Positions 1 through 11,100 of a stretch of 64,000 bases of DNA are shown piece by piece. Source of the stretch: an uncultured Chryseobacterium sp. GTDB lineage: Bacteria > Bacteroidota > Bacteroidia > Flavobacteriales_D > Sanyastnellaceae. The DNA is taken from NCBI GenBank assembly GCA_964511555.1, contig CAZEFR010000001.1, positions 83,698 to 147,697 of the forward strand, read 5' to 3'. The notes under the pieces were generated by a model. It was not told the origin of the DNA. It did no database searches and saw only the letters and a program-made list of their open reading frames with translations. Numbering within the stretch: the first letter of the stretch is position 1; each line of letters begins with the position of its first letter. The translations under genes were made by a program, and so were the position numbers.

Positions 1-1634
1 ACATCCGCGGAACGAACGGAACAAGTAACGGTATTGTGCCAATGCTTCGTGTGTTCAACGACACTGCTCGTTATGTAGATCAGGGAGGTGGAAAGCGTAA
101 AGGTTCTTTCGCTATTTATCTTGAACCGTGGCATGCAGATGTTTACGATTTCTTAGACCTAAGAAAAAACCACGGTAAGGAAGAAGTTCGTGCGCGTGAT
201 TTGTTCTATGCACTTTGGATTCCGGATTTGTTCATGCAACGTGTAAAAGACAATGGAACATGGACCTTGATGTGTCCAAACGAATGTCCAGGACTTTCAG
301 ATTGTTGGGGTGAAGAGTTTGAGAAATTGTACACCAAATACGAGGCTGAAGGAAAAGGAAGAGAGACAATTAAGGCTCAAGAGCTGTGGTATAAAATTAT
401 CGAGTCTCAAATTGAGACAGGTAATCCGTACATGCTTTACAAGGATGCTGCGAATCGCAAGAGTAATCAGCAAAACTTGGGAACCATTAAGAGTTCTAAC
501 TTGTGTACAGAGATTATCGAGTACACAGCACCAGACGAAATTGCAGTTTGTAATTTAGGCTCAATTGCGTTACCGAAGTTTGTAAAGGACGGAGCGTTTG
601 ATCACGATAAATTGTTTGAAGTGACTTACCAATTGACGGTAAACTTGAACAAGATTATTGACGGAAACTACTATCCGGTGCCTGAGACACGCAATTCAAA
701 CATGCGTCACCGTCCAATTGGAATTGGTGTTCAAGGATTGGCCGATGCATTCATCTTGATGCGCTTCCCATTCGATTCGGAAGAAGCGAAGAAGTTGAAT
801 CGCGAAGTGTTTGAGACGATTTACTATGCATCTTGCACAGCGTCGAAAGACTTGGCAAGAAGAGATGGCGCTTACGAGACCTTCCCTGGATCGCCAGCAT
901 CAAAAGGAATTCTTCAGTTCGATATGTGGAATGTTACTCCAACAGACCGTTGGGAGTGGAGTGTATTGAAAGAAGAAATTTCCAAATACGGAATGCGCAA
1001 CAGCTTGTTGTTAGCACCAATGCCAACAGCATCTACGGCGCAGATCCTAGGTAACAACGAATGTTTCGAGCCTTATACGACAAACATCTATTCAAGAAGA
1101 ACGTTGGCTGGTGAGTTCATTGTAGTGAATAAACACTTGTTGAAAGACCTTGTGAATCTTGGGTTGTGGAATGATAACTTGAAGAATAAATTAATGTCTA
1201 CAAGTGGTTCCGTTCAAAACATTGATGAGATTCCAGATAACTTGAAGGCCCTTTATAAGACAGCTTGGGAGATTTCGCAACGTGTGGTTATCGACATGGC
1301 TGCTGATCGCGGAGCGTATATCTGTCAAAGTCAGTCATTGAATATTTTCATGGAGAATGCAAACTTCGGAAAATTGACCTCGATGCATTTCTATGCATGG
1401 GAGAAGGGATTGAAGACCGGAATGTATTATTTAAGAACGAAGGCTGCTACAGATGCAATTAAGTTTACTGTTGACAAGTCTCAACTGTCACAGCCAAAAG
1501 CTGCGGTTGTTGCTGAAACAGCCCCAGTGACAGTTAATATGAATATTACTCCGGATACACTTTCTCAGAAGAATGTCGATGCTATTTCATGTTCTTTAGA
1601 CAATCCAGATTCTTGCGAATCTTGTAGTGGGTAA
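1..1634 (+). CDS. nrdA: Ribonucleoside-diphosphate reductase alpha subunit, class Ia (eukaryote-like); 5' end lies outside the window
   Basis: Frame 3 is open from base 3 ([34 protein letters not shown]), so the listed GTG at 36 is internal. Motifs seen: SNLCTEI catalytic loop, [10 protein letters not shown], and the C-terminal redox tail [14 protein letters not shown]. Confidence 0.95.
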   Translation, partial: IRGTNGTSNGIVPMLRVFNDTARYVDQGGGKRKGSFAIYLEPWHADVYDFLDLRKNHGKEEVRARDLFYALWIPDLFMQRVKDNGTWTLMCPNECPGLSDCWGEEFEKLYTKYEAEGKGRETIKAQELWYKIIESQIETGNPYMLYKDAANRKSNQQNLGTIKSSNLCTEIIEYTAPDEIAVCNLGSIALPKFVKDGAFDHDKLFEVTYQLTVNLNKIIDGNYYPVPETRNSNMRHRPIGIGVQGLADAFILMRFPFDSEEAKKLNREVFETIYYASCTASKDLARRDGAYETFPGSPASKGILQFDMWNVTPTDRWEWSVLKEEISKYGMRNSLLLAPMPTASTAQILGNNECFEPYTTNIYSRRTLAGEFIVVNKHLLKDLVNLGLWNDNLKNKLMSTSGSVQNIDEIPDNLKALYKTAWEISQRVVIDMAADRGAYICQSQSLNIFMENANFGKLTSMHFYAWEKGLKTGMYYLRTKAATDAIKFTVDKSQLSQPKAAVVAETAPVTVNMNITPDTLSQKNVDAISCSLDNPDSCESCSG

Positions 1635-1658
1635 GTTGATTGATTAGTTTATGTTAAA

Positions 1659-1683
1659 GGGTCACGTGAGTGGCCCTTTTTTT
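1659..1683 (+). terminator. Intrinsic terminator after nrdA
   Basis: Hairpin GGGTCAC-GTGA-GTGGCCC (7 bp with one G-T pair) followed by T7. Confidence 0.7.
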
Positions 1684-1755
1684 CTTCAACTTATTTTTAA
1701 TAAGTTCCAACGAACAAGATTTCACCGAATTAAAATATTCGTATCTTGTTCTCGT

Positions 1756-4572
1756 ATGAGAAATCTCTTTATTGCATTCTTTGTATTTTTTGCATGTACA
1801 AGCGCATCTGCCCAAACACTTAGAGGGAAGGTAATTGAACAACAGAATCAGGCACCTTTGGTGGGGGCTGTAGTTTTCCAGAAAGGAACTGGCAATGGCG
1901 TTACCTCTGATTACGATGGAGAATTTTCAATTAAGGTTACTGGCCTTCCAGTTACATTGGTCGCTAAATACGTAGGATTTGCCGATTTCGAAATTACTGT
2001 GACTAACACTGATTTTGTTCTGGTTGAAATGAGTCAGGGAGACTTTGGTCCCACCGTAATAATTAAGGACACGCGAATCACAGAAAAACAGAAGCAGAAT
2101 CCATTAACAGTTGAAAGAATGGATTTGCAGGCAATCAGAAACTCGGCTTCAGGTAATTTTTATGAAGGGTTAGGAGCACTTAAAGGAGTAGACCTGACGA
2201 CAGCAAGCTTGGGATTTCGAGTAATTAATACAAGAGGATTTAACTCAACCTCACCAGTAAGAAGTTTACAATTGATTGATGGGGTTGACAACCAGTCACC
2301 AGGTTTGAATTTCTCTTTAGGTAATTTTCTTGGTGCGCCTGATTTAGATGTGTTTGCAGTGGAAATAGTGCAAGGTGCAAGTAGCGCATTTTATGGCCCC
2401 GGAGCATTTAACGGTGTTATTAAAATGGAAACAAAGGATCCGTTTTTTTATACGGGCTTAAGCACACAATTGAGAGTTGGAGAACGCCAATTGGTTGAAC
2501 CCTCTGTCCGATTTGCCCACGCGTTTTCCAACGAAAAAGGACAGAAGTATTTGGCATATAAGTTTAATGTTTTTGCATTTAAGGCGTTGGATTGGGCTGC
2601 AGACAATGAATCGCCCGTTTATAACAGTGGCTTTTCTTCATCGAATCCAGGAAGATTCGATGCCGTTAATATATACGGAGATGAATATTTTGCGGCAAAC
2701 GATTATTCGGGTGATCCGAACGGTAAGCCTGGGTTAGGAACTTTTTTTAGAACTGGCTACCGTGAATCAGATCTTGTCGATTACAACACTAGAAACGTAA
2801 AGGCAAATGCGTCTATACATCTTCGCTTAAAGCCTGAACTGGAAGAACAATCCCCGGAATTAATTGTAGCTGGTAATGTGGGTCAGGGCACAACTGTTTA
2901 CCAAGGTGATAACCGTTTCAGCCTTCGCAATATTTTATTCTATCAGGGAAGAGTTGAGATAAGAAAAAAGGACAAATACTTTTTACGTGTTTATGGCACA
3001 GGCGAAGATGCTGGTGATAGCTATGACCCCTATTTCACAGCTCTAAGATTACAAGATGCGGCCAGATCTGATGAGAATTGGGCGAACGCATACGTGAAGT
3101 ATTGGCAGGATTCAATTCGCAGCCGAGTAATTGATTTGGGTTATCCTCAATATGTTACCAATCCCAATTGGCCGGCCGAGCCTAACTTTTTTATCGTGCC
3201 AACTGACGAGCAATATTCGAATTGGTCGTCACAGAACATGGACAGCTTAAATTACTACCATCAACTGGTAGAGAATTGGACAAACAATGGCACAGCCGGC
3301 ATCCCAATTCAAGGGCAACTTGGTTTTTTCCAACCAGGAAGTGCCCAGTTCAATCAAAATTTTAATCGAATTACAACATCCAAGAATAATGAGTCGGAGG
3401 GAGGAACCTTGTTTTACGATAGGTCCTCTCTTTTTCATACACAAGGGGAATACCAATGGGAGGGTAGAGGTTTTATAGACTACCGAATTGGTGGGAATGC
3501 TAGGCTTTACAGACCCAATTCAGCGGGAACAATTTTTACAGACGATTCAGCAAGAATATACAACTACGAGGGTGGACTATATTTTGGAGGAACAAGAAAA
3601 TTTTTAGAGAATCGACTTATTGTTAGTGGAACAGTTAGATTGGATAAGAATGTAAATTTCGATGCTTTGTTGAGCCCTGCGGCATCTGTCGTTTTTCAAC
3701 CAAAAAAGAACCATTATCTGAGAGCATCTTTTTCTTCGGCATTGAGGAATCCAACGTTAACAGATCAGTATTTAAATTTAAATGTTGGTCCCGCAATCTT
3801 AAGTGGTAATTTGTCGGGTGTAGATTCTCTTATTACGTTGGCTAGTTTTAACTCTTATCGAAACAGTTTAAATACAGATAGTCTGAGGTATTTCAATATA
3901 GACCCCATTCGTCCAGAGCAGGTGAGAACGTTGGAAGTTGGTTATCGCGCTTCATTTTTCGATAATAAGGTATACCTTGACTTGGGTGCATATTACAGCG
4001 AGTACAAGCACTTCATTGGATTCAACATTGGTTTGGAAGCTACTTTCGATCCGACAACAAATCTCCCCGATGACTTGCAGGTTTATCGTTATTCAGCGAA
4101 TTCAAAGAACACAGTAACAACTCAGGGAGTTAACATTGGATTGAATTATTATTTTCATGAAAAACACAGTTTTGCAGGTAATTACTCATTCAATAGCATC
4201 GTGCGTAGTGATGAGAACGATCCGATAATTCCAGCTTTCAACACGCCAAGGCACAAATACAATTTGGGTATAACAGGTAACAAATTATTCGAGTCGAATC
4301 GAGGTAACTGCTGGGGCTACAGTGTGAATTACAAATGGATTCAAGGTTTCTTGTTCGAAGGTTCCCCGCAGTTTACTGGTTTTATTGACACTTACGACAT
4401 GGTTGACGTGCAGTTGAATTACAATCACATAGAGTCGAATCTTTTTGTGAAGGTTGGAGCCTCGAATGTATTAAATAACCAACAAGTTCAAGTTTATGGA
4501 GGCCCAGCGATAGGCAGAATGGCTTATATTAGCGTATTATATTCGTTCAATCATCAAAAACAAAATAAATAA
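1756..4572 (+). CDS. TonB-dependent receptor with N-terminal carboxypeptidase-regulatory-like domain
   Basis: The ATG at 1756 gives the signal peptide MRNLFIAFFVFFACTSASAQ. This is followed by LRGKVIEQQNQAPLVGAVVF..DGEFSI (CarboxypepD_reg-like), a plug region (INTRGFNS, GASSAFYGPGAFNGVI) and a long beta-barrel ending in YISVLYSF. Confidence 0.85.
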   Translation: MRNLFIAFFVFFACTSASAQTLRGKVIEQQNQAPLVGAVVFQKGTGNGVTSDYDGEFSIKVTGLPVTLVAKYVGFADFEITVTNTDFVLVEMSQGDFGPTVIIKDTRITEKQKQNPLTVERMDLQAIRNSASGNFYEGLGALKGVDLTTASLGFRVINTRGFNSTSPVRSLQLIDGVDNQSPGLNFSLGNFLGAPDLDVFAVEIVQGASSAFYGPGAFNGVIKMETKDPFFYTGLSTQLRVGERQLVEPSVRFAHAFSNEKGQKYLAYKFNVFAFKALDWAADNESPVYNSGFSSSNPGRFDAVNIYGDEYFAANDYSGDPNGKPGLGTFFRTGYRESDLVDYNTRNVKANASIHLRLKPELEEQSPELIVAGNVGQGTTVYQGDNRFSLRNILFYQGRVEIRKKDKYFLRVYGTGEDAGDSYDPYFTALRLQDAARSDENWANAYVKYWQDSIRSRVIDLGYPQYVTNPNWPAEPNFFIVPTDEQYSNWSSQNMDSLNYYHQLVENWTNNGTAGIPIQGQLGFFQPGSAQFNQNFNRITTSKNNESEGGTLFYDRSSLFHTQGEYQWEGRGFIDYRIGGNARLYRPNSAGTIFTDDSARIYNYEGGLYFGGTRKFLENRLIVSGTVRLDKNVNFDALLSPAASVVFQPKKNHYLRASFSSALRNPTLTDQYLNLNVGPAILSGNLSGVDSLITLASFNSYRNSLNTDSLRYFNIDPIRPEQVRTLEVGYRASFFDNKVYLDLGAYYSEYKHFIGFNIGLEATFDPTTNLPDDLQVYRYSANSKNTVTTQGVNIGLNYYFHEKHSFAGNYSFNSIVRSDENDPIIPAFNTPRHKYNLGITGNKLFESNRGNCWGYSVNYKWIQGFLFEGSPQFTGFIDTYDMVDVQLNYNHIESNLFVKVGASNVLNNQQVQVYGGPAIGRMAYISVLYSFNHQKQNK

Positions 4573-4575
4573 AAC

Positions 4576-6081
4576 ATGAAAAAAATCTACTCATTGATTG
4601 CAATTGCTTTGTTGAGTGTAACTGGTGCTTCTGCGCAGCGTTACATGACCGAGCAGTTTTCTTCGGTTGACGTTCAAACGGACGTTACCTATGGCGTTAA
4701 CGCTACTGTTTTGCTATTCCAAGTTGTTGGAGAAGCAGTGCCAGAACAGTTGAAAATGGATGTTTATACTCCTTCAGGAGACACTGAAACTAACCGTCCA
4801 GTGATTCTTTATTTCCACACGGGTAATTTCCTTCCTTTTCCGCAAAATGCTGGAACCGGTGGAACACGCACAGATTCTTCGGTTGTTGAGATTTGTACAA
4901 GATTAGCTAAGTTGGGATATGTAGTCGCATCTTGTGACTACCGCCTAGGTTGGAATCCGATTGCAGCAACACAAGAAGAGCGTGTAAATACGCTTATCAA
5001 CGCTGCTTACCGTGGTGTTCAAGACGGTCGTACTGCAGTTCGTTATTTCCGTAAGACTGCTGCTGAAGATGGTAACCCATACGGAATTGATCCTGAGCGC
5101 GTAGCTATTTGGGGACAAGGAACAGGAGGGTACATCACTTTTGCAATGTCAGGTATTGATGCTTATTCAGATTTGTTGTTGCCTAAGTTTACCTCTAGCG
5201 CTGGTATTCCAATGGTATTGGATTTCGTAAACGGCGATATTTACGGTACTTCTGTAGGAACGAATCCGTTTACAGGTGACACTTTGTGCTATGCCAACCA
5301 CGTTGGTTACAGCTCAGATGTGAACGTTGCTGTGAACATGGGTGGTGCATGTGGAGATATCTCTTGGATTGACGAGACCGACAATCCGATTATTTCATTC
5401 CACGTTCCTTCAGATCCTTTTGCACCGTATTTCACAGGAACCGTAATTGTTCCAGGTTTGAATTTACCTGTTGTGGAAGTTCAAGGAAGTTATGATGTAC
5501 AATTGGCATTGAGCCAGTATGGTAACAACGGCGTATTTGAATTGGCTGAAGGTTATGAGCCTGGTCAAGTTTATACAGATGCTGCGAATTCGACAAACAA
5601 TGGTTTTCATGGATTGTTCCCATTGGAAAGACCAGCGGGAATGGAAGCAGATTCAGGTCCATGGGAGTGGTGGGATCCAGCAACTAACCCAAACAGTGCA
5701 AACGGATTTTTAACAAATCCTGATATGTCAATGGCTAAAGGAATGGCTTATTGCGATTCTATTTTAGGGTATGCGGTTCCGCGTATCGCTTGTGCATTGA
5801 ATTTGAACACAAGTCCATGTTTCATTAGTGTAGACGAAATGGAAGAGGTTTCTTTCAATGTATTTCCAAACCCGGCTAACGAATCATTTGCTATCCGTGC
5901 TTCAGAGCGCGTTAGTGCAGTTCGTGTTTTCGATGCAATGGGAAGAGTGGTTTACAACTCGAACACAACCAATCAAGAAGTTGTATTTGTAGATTCTTCG
6001 AATTGGTCTGCAGGAATGTATACCGTAGAGATTCATACTTCGAACAATGCAATTGCTAGAAAGAAAATGTTGAAGAACTAA
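4576..6081 (+). CDS. Secreted alpha/beta-hydrolase-fold (esterase/lipase-like) protein with degenerate nucleophile motif and a T9SS type-A C-terminal sorting domain
   Basis: Signal peptide MKKIYSLIAIALLSVTGASAQ. YFHTGNF resembles the HGGGF oxyanion motif, and WGQGTGG sits where GxSxG is expected. The C-terminus FNVFPNPANESFAI..GMYTVEIHT..KKMLKN matches the Por secretion tail pattern. The gene starts 4 nt after the receptor gene. Confidence 0.7.
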   Translation: MKKIYSLIAIALLSVTGASAQRYMTEQFSSVDVQTDVTYGVNATVLLFQVVGEAVPEQLKMDVYTPSGDTETNRPVILYFHTGNFLPFPQNAGTGGTRTDSSVVEICTRLAKLGYVVASCDYRLGWNPIAATQEERVNTLINAAYRGVQDGRTAVRYFRKTAAEDGNPYGIDPERVAIWGQGTGGYITFAMSGIDAYSDLLLPKFTSSAGIPMVLDFVNGDIYGTSVGTNPFTGDTLCYANHVGYSSDVNVAVNMGGACGDISWIDETDNPIISFHVPSDPFAPYFTGTVIVPGLNLPVVEVQGSYDVQLALSQYGNNGVFELAEGYEPGQVYTDAANSTNNGFHGLFPLERPAGMEADSGPWEWWDPATNPNSANGFLTNPDMSMAKGMAYCDSILGYAVPRIACALNLNTSPCFISVDEMEEVSFNVFPNPANESFAIRASERVSAVRVFDAMGRVVYNSNTTNQEVVFVDSSNWSAGMYTVEIHTSNNAIARKKMLKN

Positions 6082-6105
6082 TTATTAGTTCTGATCATAA
6101 GAAGA

Positions 6106-6131
6106 AGGCCCTAGAAATAGGGCCTTTTTTT
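6106..6131 (+). terminator. Intrinsic terminator
   Basis: Hairpin AGGCCCTA-GAAA-TAGGGCCT (8 bp) followed by T7, located between convergent genes. Confidence 0.8.
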
Positions 6132-6150
6132 ATTGTCGTATAAATTGAAA

Positions 6151-6540
6151 TTAAGCTTTTGAGATTTTTTCAGACAGTATGGTATACTCTTCAGCTGTGA
6201 ATTTCAATCGCTCTTTTTCGAAATTCATATCGTGAATGTTGTTAATTGGAATTAGATGCATGTGTGCGTGCGGCACCTCTAATCCAATTACGCTTACACC
6301 AATTTTTTTACAAGGAATGACAGCTTGAATTTTACGAGCCACTTCTTTAGCAAACAAATTCAGTTCTTTTAACTCTTTTTCAGGCAAATCGAAGATGTAG
6401 TCTATTTCTTTCTTCGGAACAACAAGGGCGTGCCCTTTTGCGACAGGAAGAATATCTAGAAAGGCAATGAAGAGGTCGTTCTCCGCTATTTTATAACAGG
6501 GTATTTCGCCGTTAATAATTCGAGTGAACAGCGTTGCCAT
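6151..6540 (-). CDS. HIT (histidine triad) family protein
   Basis: Histidine triad HAHMHLIP. Size is 129 aa. The start overlaps the greA stop (TAATG). Confidence 0.9.
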   Translation of the reverse strand: MATLFTRIINGEIPCYKIAENDLFIAFLDILPVAKGHALVVPKKEIDYIFDLPEKELKELNLFAKEVARKIQAVIPCKKIGVSVIGLEVPHAHMHLIPINNIHDMNFEKERLKFTAEEYTILSEKISKA

Positions 6541-7013
6541 TATCTATTGATATCAAGAATTTCGAGTTGAAGGGTGCCAGCTGGTACTTGAACTTCAGCA
6601 ATATCTCCAACTTTTTTACCGAGAAGTCCTTTTCCAATAGGAGAATCTATGCTTATTTTTTTATTGGCAAGATTTGCTTCATTTTCGGCAACAAGCGTAT
6701 ACTCTACCTCTGTGTTAGTTTTTAAATTCTTCAATTTTACACGAGAGAGGATATATACGCGCGAGTTGTCAATATGCGAATCATCAATGAGTCTGGCGTT
6801 CGCAGCGAGATCTTCCATTTTCGCAATGCGCGCCTCAAGGTGGCCTTGCGCTTCTTTGGCAGCGTCGTATTCCGCATTTTCACTTAGGTCACCCTTATCC
6901 CTGGCTTCAGCAATTTGTTGACTTATTTTAGGACGTTCAACCATTTTAAGGTTGTAAAGTTCGTCTTTCAATTTTTTCAGTCCTTCAGCGGTGTAGTATG
7001 CAATATTCGACAT
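6540..7013 (-). CDS. greA: Transcription elongation factor GreA
   Basis: 157 aa with GDLSENAEYDAAKE and a C-terminal SPIGKGLLGKKVGD motif. Confidence 0.95.
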   Translation of the reverse strand: MSNIAYYTAEGLKKLKDELYNLKMVERPKISQQIAEARDKGDLSENAEYDAAKEAQGHLEARIAKMEDLAANARLIDDSHIDNSRVYILSRVKLKNLKTNTEVEYTLVAENEANLANKKISIDSPIGKGLLGKKVGDIAEVQVPAGTLQLEILDINR

Positions 7014-7036
7014 ATTTCAATGGTGTTGTAAATGAA

Positions 7037-7058
7037 GAAACCTCGCGAACGAGGCTTC
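7037..7058 (-). terminator. Candidate terminator hairpin downstream of the PorV-like gene
   Basis: On the minus strand: GAAGCCTCG-TTCG-CGAGGTTTC (9 bp with one G-T pair), followed by TTCATTT. The T tract is weak. Confidence 0.45.
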
Positions 7059-7061
7059 TAA

Positions 7062-7069
7062 CAAATATA
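7062..7069 (-). promoter_or_regulatory. Bacteroidota -7 box (TATATTTG) upstream of greA
   Basis: Plus-strand CAAATATA reads as minus-strand TATATTTG, an exact TAnnTTTG match. It lies about 49 nt upstream of the greA ATG. Confidence 0.4.
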
Positions 7070-7079
7070 GTAAGAATTT

Positions 7080-8117
7080 TTAAAGAGTAATGTGTATTCC
7101 CATACTGTGAATGCCATTGAATGGATTCGTAACACGATAAGAGTAATCCAATCCAATTACACCCCCATTGTCACCGGTAGGCAATTGAATGGTCATTCCA
7201 CCCGTAGGACCAGTTAGAGCACTTTGTGCATTGTAAGTGGTGCTTGAACCAATGTCTTGTTGGAATCCACCGCGTAAAAATAAACGGTCTCTGAGGTTGA
7301 ATTCTAAGCCCAAGGCAAGCTGATCTTTACTGAAAGAGTTAGACGTATAGGCGCTATTTGCAGTAAGTTTCATCTTGTTCTTCATAAGGAAGTCGTACGC
7401 GAAACCAACATTAACCATAGAAGGCATTTCATAAGGCTGCGAACGTTGCTCTACCGTAAGGGTGTTTCCATTTGAAGGAATGACAGCAGACACCGTAAGA
7501 CCGTCGCCTTTGTAGCGCATGGTTGGTCCAACGTTACGAAGCGTTATTCCGAAACGGATGTTATCTTTTTCTCCTGTAACATAACGTATACCCGCGTCGA
7601 AAGCAACACCTTGTGAGCGGACATTGTAGATAGCTTCACTTATAAGTCTAACAGTGATACCGCCATAAATACTGTTCGAAAATTCTTTTGCGAAACTGAT
7701 ACCTATGTTTGAATAGTTAGCAGTGAAAGAACCAATTCCACCTTCGGGAAGATCTTCGGTAGTTCTGTCAATTTCACCAAAGTTCATATTTACAACAGAC
7801 AAGCCAAAAGCTCCTGAATTGCCTATTTTTTGTCCGAAGGCAGCTGAATTAAGTTGTATGCCTGTACCAACGAAATACTGCGTATTTGTGAAAAGTAGTT
7901 CAGTCTTTTTGATGAAGGCGAGGCCAGCAACATTAAGGAAAACACTTTCAACGCCACTTACGGAAGCTAGCGAAGAGTTAGCTAATCCAGAAGAGCGAGC
8001 CCAGGGATTGACCAAAAGATGGCTTGCGCCTGCTGCTCCAGATCTGTCAGGATTTCCCGCAAATGCTGAAGTAAGCGTAACAAAGAGAATAGCGAACGTT
8101 AAGATTGTATTTTTCAT
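7080..8117 (-). CDS. PorV/PorQ-family-like outer-membrane beta-barrel protein
   Basis: Signal peptide MKNTILTFAILFVTLTSAFA. The N-terminal pattern GAAGASHLLVNPWARSSGLANSSLASVSGVESVFLNVAGLAF resembles the PorV signature (PFLLi.pDARaaglGd..A....s...NPAgLaf). Alternating beta-strand pattern throughout, ending HSMGIHITL. Confidence 0.55.
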   Translation of the reverse strand: MKNTILTFAILFVTLTSAFAGNPDRSGAAGASHLLVNPWARSSGLANSSLASVSGVESVFLNVAGLAFIKKTELLFTNTQYFVGTGIQLNSAAFGQKIGNSGAFGLSVVNMNFGEIDRTTEDLPEGGIGSFTANYSNIGISFAKEFSNSIYGGITVRLISEAIYNVRSQGVAFDAGIRYVTGEKDNIRFGITLRNVGPTMRYKGDGLTVSAVIPSNGNTLTVEQRSQPYEMPSMVNVGFAYDFLMKNKMKLTANSAYTSNSFSKDQLALGLEFNLRDRLFLRGGFQQDIGSSTTYNAQSALTGPTGGMTIQLPTGDNGGVIGLDYSYRVTNPFNGIHSMGIHITL

Positions 8118-8137
8118 GATCGTAATTCGATTTCCAA

Positions 8138-11100
8138 TTAGAAGTTATTTAAGTCAACGGGACGCATTACCCCAAACCATTTTAAGATTTTTTCTCCTAT
8201 GCCAGGTACGTTCACATGAATAATGTACGTTCCTGATGCAATGGGTATATTTCTTTCGTTTTTCAAATCCCAATCAATGCTTGTTATTTGATCTGCCTTC
8301 TTGAATTGACGAATACGATTTCCATTAAGGTCGAAAATGGTAACATCACAGATATCAGGAAGATTTGTAATCTTGATTCGATTATCAAGTTTATTGGTTT
8401 CGTAAGAACTGAAAGCATAGTAAGGGTTAGGAACAACATTAATGATATCAAGAACTGATGTTAAAGTGTTCTCGTCACTGGTTGTTGTGGCAATATTCTT
8501 CGTTGAGAAAGTATAGATATTGCGCCATTCGTTTACTGAACCTTCAGCTGATGTCAAATCTGGACTGTTGTATGCGTAGCTCGCGAAGGGTTTCGCAACA
8601 CGAATGCTTATACGCACGTCGTTAGGAATAAGACCTTCTTCAACCGAAAGCAAGGGATGCTCAGGATTTACCAATCCGCTGCCTACCCATGTACAACCTC
8701 TAAATACTTTTTTCCAGTTGGAAGAACTAATTGAAGGATTTGAGAGCGTGCTATGTAAGAAGGCTCCATTGTCGTAAGCTGGGCAAAGAGACAAGCTTGA
8801 GTTTGGACTCGATGCTGAGTAATCTTCCCAACGGAGGTTTTTAAATACATAGATCCAGTGTTGACCTCCAAATAAAGGTTGTCCGTTGTTGGTGTATAGA
8901 CGAGAGCTTGGATTCCAAATCATGTCGCGTCCGTTTTCACCAACCAACCAACTGTCTTCACCGAAAGCCATGTTCAAGCGTTCACCAGTACTTAAGTCGA
9001 TTGCATATCCAGGGAACCAACCCATTCCAATACCAGATACTAAGTCGCCTTCTGCTGCGTTGTATCCAGGTTGTCCGGCCTTTCTTCCATTTTTATCTAC
9101 GGATGGAGCGCGACGCACCTTCATTTTCTCAGGATCAACGCTATTATCTCCATCGTTATCTTCAGCCAATTCAGGGGTAAACTGCATTTCCAATACAGGG
9201 CAGCGGGTCCATTTAGTCTTGTCTTTGGTGAAAACAACATCTATATTGTTCAAACCACGAATACTCGATTTACGCTGCTGATCAAGTTGATCGAGATCAC
9301 TTTTTAGTTCGTTAATGGTAGGAGCAACGTTGTTTACCACGATGTTGTCGTCGTTCGGGTCAAGAACAGTACCTGAAACTAAGCAATAAGGAGACCATGT
9401 ACCACCAACTACCGCTTCGTATTTTTCTTGCTCATCTGTGAATGGGAAACCTGAGCTACCTTGCTCGTAATCGTCGTACAAGGCTTCTGATAATGCTTGC
9501 GGATCAGTTCCTTCAGTTTTTACATTACCAGCCCTAATCCAGTTTTGCTCAGAGAAACCTTCAGCATCCTGAATACCAGTCAACCACGGTTTAGATGGAT
9601 CGGCGTAAGAAATAGTAGAGGACAAAAGTTCGGTGTAATGTCTCACGGTGCTTCCTTCAACTTGGTATTCATATTGTCCCCAAGTAACAGATAAGCCCCA
9701 ATCTAAAATAACGTCTTCACTTGAAGTGTCAAACTTTTTATAAGTACCATAGATAGTTCCATCATCCAGGTTTTCAAGTTCCCAGTACATACTATCAGGT
9801 GCATCTTCACCGAATTCAGTAGTTTTCAGACGAAGTTCAAAGTCAGCAGATGGAACTCTCAAAGGATCAACAACTTTAACCTGCACAGGACCTTTTCCAG
9901 GAGCATAGGTGAGTTCACTTATGTTGTTATTTGCCAAAATGATAGCTTCAGTTTCTGAACTGAGTAATAGATCGTTAGCGCCATTACCTTTTCCCTCAAG
10001 ACGGGTAAGCGGAACACCGTCGCCGTAATTCGAATTTTGTATAGTTCCACCTAATTCAGGCGAAGGAATATGTGGAATAGCAGCTATTTTTTGAATAGCA
10101 CCAAGAGCGCTCTTGCGTGAAGAAAGGAATGCTTCATCTTGACCTTTCTCTAGACCAATATCGTATTGAGAGTAGTTGTTATATCCGTAAGCAATTACCA
10201 TGAAGTAATACGTCTTGTGATTTATCAAGGCGTTATTACCAGTTGCGAATGCATCAGTGGTAACTCGGAATGAGCGCTGAATACCCTCATCTGCACCGTC
10301 TACCTTAAGTTCTGGAATAATATATCCTGTTTCAGGATCTCTAGAGAAATTAATTATTCTTCCAATGCCATTTTCTACGTCACATTGTGCAATTAAGCGA
10401 GCCTTCTGAATATCACCGAGGTCGCTGGCGCTTACATCGTCGCTAGCTCTTTGGTATACTAGATATCCTTCAAATTTATAAGATCTTTGCTCTTCTGTTA
10501 ATTGCGTACCATCTGCAAGTTCTTCTGGGATACTTGGGTCGAAACCACCTTGACTAGGACCATAATTTTCTTGGAAATTTGTGGAGATAGCATTGTCATT
10601 TGACAACATAAGAATGATCTCTTTGTCTAATTCCTGAATGGTAACATCTGGTGCATCAGGACCTGAAACCAACTCGAAACAATTGTCAAATAGAGATTGT
10701 GCTTTATCATCAAACTCGCGAAGAAGTCTTACCGACTCAAAAGGATTTCCGCTATTTGCACGAGCCCAAACAACTCCAAGAGTAATGTTGTTGTAATCAC
10801 CAGGCTTGAGTGTGAATGGGCCTGCTGCTTGAATAAAACGTCTGTCATTTGGCGGATTGCCTTCAGATTCTTCGGACCAATCTTCGGTGATCACTCCACC
10901 TGTACCCCAATGCAAAGGGTCAGTGTCATCTGGGAACATATAGTCAGCATTGATTTCTGTTACATTAGCACCAGAGGCGCCGTTTCCGCCGTAGTTCATG
11001 CGTTGTCCATTCTTCCAAAAACCTCTCATGTAATTGTAGAAGTGACTTGGTAATGCAGGTTCTCCGTTTACAGGATTTTGACTGTTGTTGTAATAAACGA

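Noticed and set aside
1651-1755. Extended N-termini in the ORF track, starting at 1651, 12349, 17630, 27722, 36545, 39890, 50578, 52671 and 59570.
   Set aside because: Internal ATGs give canonical signal peptides or family-typical N-termini (for example MKKRIAVIGAG for crtI and MSAFEIVGG for murA). Several of the extensions would run through terminators or upstream genes.
8886-9281. Many 60-170 aa ORFs are nested antisense or out of frame inside long genes, for example 7723-8223, 8886-9281, 15425-15823, 26955-27216, 34046-34471, 45742-46278 and 59054-59701.
   Set aside because: Each lies entirely within a longer ORF that has clear family motifs. Their translations are low-complexity mirror images with no recognisable motifs.
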